Shown piece after piece: positions 38,784-44,522 of a stretch of 44,522 nt of DNA. The notes under the pieces were generated by a model. It was not told the origin of the DNA. It saw nothing but the letters and a program-made list of their open reading frames with translations, and did no database searches. Each line of letters opens with the position of its first letter. The first letter of the stretch is position 1. Position numbers and translations under genes: made by a program. Origin of the DNA: Oligoflexia bacterium (GTDB lineage Bacteria > Bdellovibrionota > UBA1018); the NCBI GenBank assembly GCA_043732485.1, contig JAYTHP010000027.1:1-44522 (forward strand). The letters run 5' to 3'.

Positions 38784-39198
38784 ATGGACGATATAAAGCA
38801 AGATGATACCAAGACTAATAGTGTGCCAAATCCGGAGGTTTTACCAGGCCAGACCAAGGAAGCGGAGAAACCTCACGGTTAATTATAAGCTTGAGATCTT
38901 GGCGGCGGCGGACGAGTGTCAGAAAGCTGACGGCTCGCTGGGAGAGCTACTGCGGAAAGAGGGGCTGTACGCCTCCCACCTGAGCGCCTGGAGAAAAGAG
39001 CGCGAGCGGCGAAAGCTGCTAAAAAACAGTAAGATACAGCGTGAACCCAGACCGCAGCTCAGTAATCTCGAAGAGGAGCTGCGCATGGTCAAGCGAAAGC
39101 TTAGCGCGTTAGAACTCAAACATGACCAGGCCCTAAAAATCATCGAGGCTCAAAAAAAAATTTCAGAGATTTTGCTGATCAAAAGGGGCAAGGACTAG
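38784..39198 (+). pseudogene. IS3-family OrfA (HTH), frameshifted near its 5' end
   Basis: AGGAGG-ATG 38784 gives MDDIKQ...PNPEVLP, then ARPRKRRNLTVNYKLEIL...LLRKEGLYASHLSAWR continues in the +1 frame. A9 slippery run at 39152-39160. Confidence 0.85.
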
Positions 39199-40135
39199 AG
39201 AAAGAGCCAGGGTCAGAGGTTAAGCTCGTGGACGTGGTTAAGACGCTTACAACACAAGGGCTTGCGGTTAAGTGGGCTTGCGATAGCCTTAAAGTGAGCC
39301 GATCGCGCTACTATGCCTCATTGAAAGCCTTAGAAAAGGGGGCTAAACCGAAGCGTGGTGCCTCTCATCGAGCCCTGACGAGCGATGAGAGGCAAAGGGT
39401 CCTTGATATTTTGCACTCGCCGCGGTTTTTTGACTGGTCGCCGGCGGCCATTGTCCCAGCTTTGCTGGATGACGGGATTTACCTGTGCTCGCCAAGAACT
39501 ATGCACCGAGTCTTAGCGGCGCGCGACGAGCTGAGAGAACGGAGAAATTTCGCGCGTAGGGCGTTCTATCAGAAGCCAGAGCTCTTGGCCACGAAGCCGA
39601 ATCAGGTCTGGAGCTGGGATATCACCATACTGCTGACGCATGAGCAGTGGGTTTACTTCTATTTTTATGTTATTATTGATATTTTTAGCAGGTACGCGAT
39701 CGGTTACATGGTCACCAACAAGGAGTCTGCTTTGCTCGCGCGGGAACTGGTCGAATCGGCTTACTTACAGCAGAAAATTATTCCCCTCCAGCTCACGATT
39801 CACAGCGATCGTGGCGGGCCGATGAAATCCAAGACTCTGGAGATCTTTACTCAGACCTCAGCATCGACAAAAGCTTCTCTCGGCCCTCCGTCAGCGATGA
39901 CAACCCTTTCTCTGAGGCCCAATTTAAGACCCTGAAATACTCGCCGCACTTTCCTGAACGATTCGCTAGCCTGGCCGAGGCGCGCCGCTGTTGCCATAGG
40001 CTGATCACTTGGTATAATACCAAGCGCCGACACTCCAGCCTCGCTTACTATACACCCGCGCAAGTTCATCACGGCTGGCACCAGGAGCCAATCCCTAGCT
40101 GAAGCCTACCAGAGGCACCCGGAGCGTTTCGGGAA
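39152..40135 (+). pseudogene. IS3-family OrfB DDE transposase with at least two frameshifts
   Basis: PNQVWSWDIT, IIDIFSRY, IHSDRG. After about 39850, SRPSVSDDNPFSEAQFKTLKY...WYN...HSSL is in another frame, and LAEAYQRHPERF follows another shift. Confidence 0.9.
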
Positions 40136-41080
40136 TTTCCTACTCCGAGGCCAGTTCCAGCGAGGTCTGGAGTAAGCAGCCTGAGCAAAGCAAGCCAGTT
40201 CTTACTCAGGTCATAGCTACTCTTGCTGATACACCTATGAAAAAACCGAAGGAGGAATTCTTATGAAAAAATAAAACTCAAAAGAAAAGTCAAAAAATCG
40301 ACGAGTGCTTTAGAAATACCCTTCAGACGAATTCTAAGACACCAAGAAGGCCTTCCGATACCAAAATAGAGGGGATAGTTCCGGAAAACCTAAAAATGGC
40401 TTATAGGGCATCTTAAAGCCGATTGAGGGGGGAGCTCCGTTTGTTGGACTTTTAACAGACAACTCAGGAAAATAATAAAGCACTCAATAAAACAGGAATG
40501 ACTTGAAGCTCAGAGGCCCTAAAATACATTCATCTTTTGCCCCTAGTGTCCAAAATTGTTGACACGTTCCGCTAAATCGCCCAGAGAAAAAGGTAACTTG
40601 CGACGAATCGCAAGCTGCATCGAACCTTCCTGAAGCGACCCCTCACCGCTCTTAGGCGCAGAAAAAGCAAGAACTGAATCCCTAATCACCCAGTTTCCCT
40701 ACCACTCCCCGCTGCTCCGAGGCCTGAGCAGCGCTCTTGAGCACGGATTTGGGTAATCAGTCCCGAGAGACTAGGGACATAGCAAAACTTTCTGCTGAAC
40801 GTACTACCCTTAAGAACTACTCTTGAATTTGCTGGGCGAAGACAAGTTTCCGCCGTAAGGACTTCATAACTAGTGTGATCTATGACCCACCTAGGGAATA
40901 TTGAGAATGCTGTCACGCAATCGAAAGTATTACTTTACAAAAATACGGATACGTAGCTATTTAGGAAAAATTCAAAATAGCGCTTCCCTAGAACCCATAC
41001 TAGATTTTTAGCAGTAAGAACCTTATTGGCCTTACTGCTTTCTTGCCTCTGACTACTATGGCTGCCGGGCTAACGAACCG

Positions 41081-41383
41081 CTATTTGCAACTGTAGGTCA
41101 CTTCCCAAGGATCATACAATCTGTAAGTGATTTTGTTCACCAGACCTTGAATGAAGTTCTCTTGCACCTTCACGCTGGCCCAGCTCTTGCCTTCACAATG
41201 ATTCGCCAAATCAACGGGAGGACTGAACTCAACTAACCCCATAATTCCATCATGGTGCCATTCTGAGTATTCTGTTCCTGTCGTCTCAGTGTGGGGTCCA
41301 TTATGAAAATAAATGGTTGAGCAGGAAGTCAAAGCTATTTGTGCGGCTGCGGCCCAGAAAACTAATGATCTTTTTAGCTTCAT
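41081..41383 (-). CDS. Bor/Iss-like lipoprotein (divergent)
   Basis: Lipobox LTSC; WHHDGIMGLVE, VDLANHC, NFIQGL, LYDPWEVTYSC. Confidence 0.75.
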   Translation of the reverse strand: MKLKRSLVFWAAAAQIALTSCSTIYFHNGPHTETTGTEYSEWHHDGIMGLVEFSPPVDLANHCEGKSWASVKVQENFIQGLVNKITYRLYDPWEVTYSCK

Positions 41384-41400
41384 TTTTTTAATCCTTAAAG

Positions 41401-41703
41401 TTATTTACACCAAACACGAACGGTTCTTGGTGCATAGATTCCGAAAGTCAGCCAATAAAGAAACCCGTCGGTAAAAGTCATTACAGACTGAATCTGTTTA
41501 GGTTCGCTCCCGTTACAAATTTTCTGAACGTTAATATGATGTTCTCCAGCTAAACCCCAAAGAAAGAACGGCTTACTCGAATCATAGCCAGGCTCTGAAT
41601 TGATCTTTGCCGTTCCTTTGTCTCTGAGGGTAACAGAAGAACAACCGGTAATAAATACTGCTACCAAAATAGCAGCTGATTTTAGACAGGAATACTTTTG
41701 CAT
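41401..41703 (-). CDS. Bor/Iss family lipoprotein
   Basis: Lipobox ITGC; FFLWGL, KIC, TFTDGFL..LTFGIYAPRTVRVWC matches the lambda Bor pattern. Confidence 0.88.
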   Translation of the reverse strand: MQKYSCLKSAAILVAVFITGCSSVTLRDKGTAKINSEPGYDSSKPFFLWGLAGEHHINVQKICNGSEPKQIQSVMTFTDGFLYWLTFGIYAPRTVRVWCK

Positions 41704-41992
41704 ACTCTAAGTTCCTCAAATGAAAGTGAGTTAGGTTAATAGACTCTCTTTAGGTTTTCATTAATTCCTTTAACTTGCAAGTTTTTTAAGCCAAATCCGC
41801 TAAAAAATCAGATGCATCCAATAGCAGCCTACTTTCTCCCTCAGGTACGACCGATTTCAGGTTTTTGTCCCTTTTCTGCCATCTGCAACTCAAGCTTAGG
41901 ACGCGAAGAAACGATTCACCCCTTCCTGCCCACCCGCCCAACCAACTTACCCCGGGCGACCTCGCCTCCGCCGCTGCCGCTGACGCCGCCAC

Positions 41993-43270
41993 TCATCGCC
42001 CGTCGGCTGACCCCTCCTCCTCAGCTTTTACCCTGAGAGTGGGTGATCTTAGTAGACGCCAACCCAAGAGACATAGCAAGACACCCCAGCTCTTCACGCA
42101 GGCCCGCTCAAGCACTAATCCTAATCCGCCCAGCATCTTTTCGGTGACCACCGTGATTCCTAACACGCCCATCAGGAAGCAAAAGCTTGCCCCAAACTGC
42201 TGCTCGCGCATTCGCACTAGCTGCTGGAGACTGAGAGTTGCCAGTGGAAAACTAAAAATAAACAGATGCCACCAGGGCAGGGGATGAATCACCGGCACCA
42301 ACGCAAGCCAACTGCTCCAAGCTAATACAGGCGACCAATGCCGGGCCGAGGCTTGCCAGGCAAATCCCATCATCACACTCAAAAGCAGCGCCACGCCCAC
42401 ATCGATCCCCGGCAAGGAGGCAGGAGAAAAAGCAGCTGGGGAGAAAGCGGAGGTCAGGGCGGAGGCAAAATGAATGAAAAAGTTAGTTAAGCCAGGATTA
42501 CGAGTGCCACGCACCTGCCCTTCATCTAAAAACTGACCACCTGAGACAGCTGATTCCTTCCAAGCCAAGAGCAAGTGCCAGGGATCACGCTGGCCGCTGG
42601 CTTGTAACAGCAGGAGTAAGAGCAACGCCGCAAGCAAGCTTGCTAGCAGCGAGACTCCAAAAACACGGTAGGTGGTTTTTTTTCCTGCCTGCGTCGAGGC
42701 TTTTAAGCTCGCCGCAAACAGCGCAATCAGCGGAAAAAGCGTGAAAATCTTTAACGATAAAACGCCCCATAAAACTCCCAGACGCTGCCACGAGGAGGTC
42801 AAAAATAGTTTTGGGTGCCAAAGCCAAAGGGCTGCAGCCAGCATAGGCAGCACGATTTGGCCATCCAGCGCATGCACCGCCCAAAGCCCCCAATAGAGTA
42901 AGGCACTGATTGCCACCACGCGGGGCTGGCAGCCTGCTTTTTGCACCAGCCAGCGCAAGATGAGCGCCAGGGAGAACACTTCAAGCAACCCGAAGACCAG
43001 GAGTGCACTTTTCAGGCTCAACGCCGCAAACGGCACAAACAACCACACGCTCCAAGGCGGATACTTAAAAGTCATCCCGCCATCGCGCGCGAGCGAGTAG
43101 ATCGGCTCACCCTTTAAGAGATACTGCGCAGCCTTCCAAAAAACCGCAAAATCCTGGCCATTTTCTAGCGTATCGCGCACCAAAGCAATGCCGCCCACTA
43201 GCGCAAGCAGCAGCATGAAAACCCCCTCACCGCTCCAACTCCTCACTGTGCGCTGATGGTGCTTGCTCAC
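41993..43270 (-). CDS. Glycosyltransferase family 87 (GT-C, DUF2029-like) membrane protein
   Basis: QDFAVFWKAA, FKYPP, GQI, SLKIF, PLPWWH, many TM helices. Start uncertain (alternative ATG 43216). Confidence 0.85.
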   Translation of the reverse strand: MSKHHQRTVRSWSGEGVFMLLLALVGGIALVRDTLENGQDFAVFWKAAQYLLKGEPIYSLARDGGMTFKYPPWSVWLFVPFAALSLKSALLVFGLLEVFSLALILRWLVQKAGCQPRVVAISALLYWGLWAVHALDGQIVLPMLAAALWLWHPKLFLTSSWQRLGVLWGVLSLKIFTLFPLIALFAASLKASTQAGKKTTYRVFGVSLLASLLAALLLLLLLQASGQRDPWHLLLAWKESAVSGGQFLDEGQVRGTRNPGLTNFFIHFASALTSAFSPAAFSPASLPGIDVGVALLLSVMMGFAWQASARHWSPVLAWSSWLALVPVIHPLPWWHLFIFSFPLATLSLQQLVRMREQQFGASFCFLMGVLGITVVTEKMLGGLGLVLERACVKSWGVLLCLLGWRLLRSPTLRVKAEEEGSADGR

Positions 43271-44424
43271 GCGCGTTTCCCCCTCCCTGAGACGTTATGG
43301 TTTTTGCCTGTAAGAGTGTGCGGTTGCGTGTCAACGCCTCCACGCCCCCCCCTTTGCGCCTCCTCATCAGCCGCAACGGGTGGTGGCGAAGAGCGATGCC
43401 TTAAGAGCGTATCAAAAAATGAGGGCAAAAAGCGTGGATTTCTTTTTTACTCTCGCAAGCCCTCCGTCTAGAGATCAAAACCGACCTCCCGTCGCTGACA
43501 GCAAACTGCTCAGCCCTTGATCGCAGTTCTCTGGCCTTTTTTGCATGCGTTCAGCGCAACAATGAAAGACGAACCGGCTAAGCCGACTGCTACACAGCGG
43601 CAAGGTGCTCAAAGCGTTCCCCTCAGACCGAATCAGCTAGCTAGGGCAGGTAATGGGGGATGACTACCGCAAAAAATCAGAATCATTTCAATTTGTTGCG
43701 CCGTAACGTGCACACCAGGCGCTAAGTCGCCACACCGCACTTTTTTAGCCGCACCACCCATAGTCAATCGCGCAAGGGCCCCACTTTTTAACGCTAGTTT
43801 GCCTGGGCGTTTGCACTCACTCAGGCTAACGGTTTTGCGGCCTGCAAAAAAAGAAGATCTTCAGCTTTTGAAGGCTTTGTCGATAAAATCGGACCACAGC
43901 TCAAAAACACCGCACCTTCTCTTGTTCCCTTGGGCGCTTGCCTCAAGTTTTTTGAGTAGCCTCTTGCTCAGTTTTCATATGTTACCTCAAAAAACCGAAC
44001 CGATTCGAGGCCTTGCGTCTGTAGAAGACTTTGCAGTCCACCATTTTCTCAGCCAGCACCGTTCGTGCTCAAAGAAGCTCATCCACCACCTTCTGACGCG
44101 GCGGGCCTTACCAGAGGTCAACGAGATCATCCACCTGATCGATGGCAGCAAAACTACCGGAGCTCAACTGGTAAGCGCCGGATTTCATGTCGAAACTCTC
44201 TCTGAAGAGGCTGCCGTGGCAACATTTAACTTATAAGCCCTGCCAGGTATCCGCTCATAAAGTTGTGATTCCCATGATTTGGTAGCCGATAACGCCCTAA
44301 GGTCCCCCTGGTTTCTAGCGCCCCCGAAGGTAAAGACCGACCCCTTTGATCAACCGACCTCCTTTTGAGTGGGGCATCGGAAACCATTCAAGCTCAAGCA
44401 AGCATGATTCAAGAGGAGGGGGTA

Positions 44425-44450
44425 CTGGCAGCCCCTTAGGGAGCTGCCAG
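44425..44450. repeat. Inverted repeat / hairpin
   Basis: CTGGCAGC-CCC-TTA-GGG-A-GCTGCCAG. Confidence 0.6.
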
Positions 44451-44522
44451 CGTGGGCGTCTGCCGAGTGGCCTTTTGGATAATCAGGTCAGGAAGCCAGG
44501 GGATTTGCCCGCGCTGATGGAT

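Larger units (their letters stand above)
38694..40571 (+). mobile_element. Decayed IS3-family insertion sequence
   Basis: orfA and orfB are present. End motifs GTGTGCCAAAAACCCACTGGACAC and GTGTCCAAAATTGTTGACACGTTCCG share an inverted TGGACAC core. CT flanks both sides. Exact ends uncertain by a few bp. Confidence 0.8.

Noticed and set aside
41060..41080. Integron attC near the Bor genes, and a 13-bp match to the pcrA repeat
   Set aside because: Only a GTTAGCC-like core with no complementary arm or integrase; a 13-bp match is expected by chance in 44 kb.
44476..44500. SRP RNA-like TCAGGTCAGGAAG
   Set aside because: It lacks the CAGGTCCGGAAGGAAGCAG helix-8 consensus and flanking pairing.

Overview
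Mostly housekeeping chromosomal DNA from a bacterium that I infer is Bdellovibrionota/deltaproteobacteria-like, based on protein style, sigma-54 regulators and an RxPAS motif. Core genes: topA (3' end), gdhA, an NtrC-type two-component pair, tRNA-Leu(CAG), a receiver-less FleQ-like sigma-54 activator, metK, uvrD/pcrA, glmS, glmU, dksA, lon, two CNNM/CorC genes, cheY with a CheX-like ORF, HU, a NUDIX hydrolase, tRNA-Thr(CGT), pit with DUF47, glutaredoxin, cyaY, ychJ, a DTW-domain gene, a CFA-superfamily methyltransferase and a GT87. Scattered among these are signal-peptide-bearing, eukaryote-like or host/prey-interaction candidates: an atypical Ser/Thr kinase with a C10 tract, a Zn-PLC/S1-P1 enzyme, an ankyrin protein and two Bor-like lipoproteins. 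A decayed IS3-family element appears to split a small secreted Cys-containing gene. Other notable items are an unannotated 42-aa very basic ORF, a methyltransferase resembling fungal sphingolipid C9-methyltransferases, a 6x11-bp repeat array before gdhA, and low-complexity insertions in many conserved enzymes. I found no CRISPR array, prophage or defence island, and I cannot support a single clear-cut novel multi-gene system. All homology calls come from motif recognition, not database searches.
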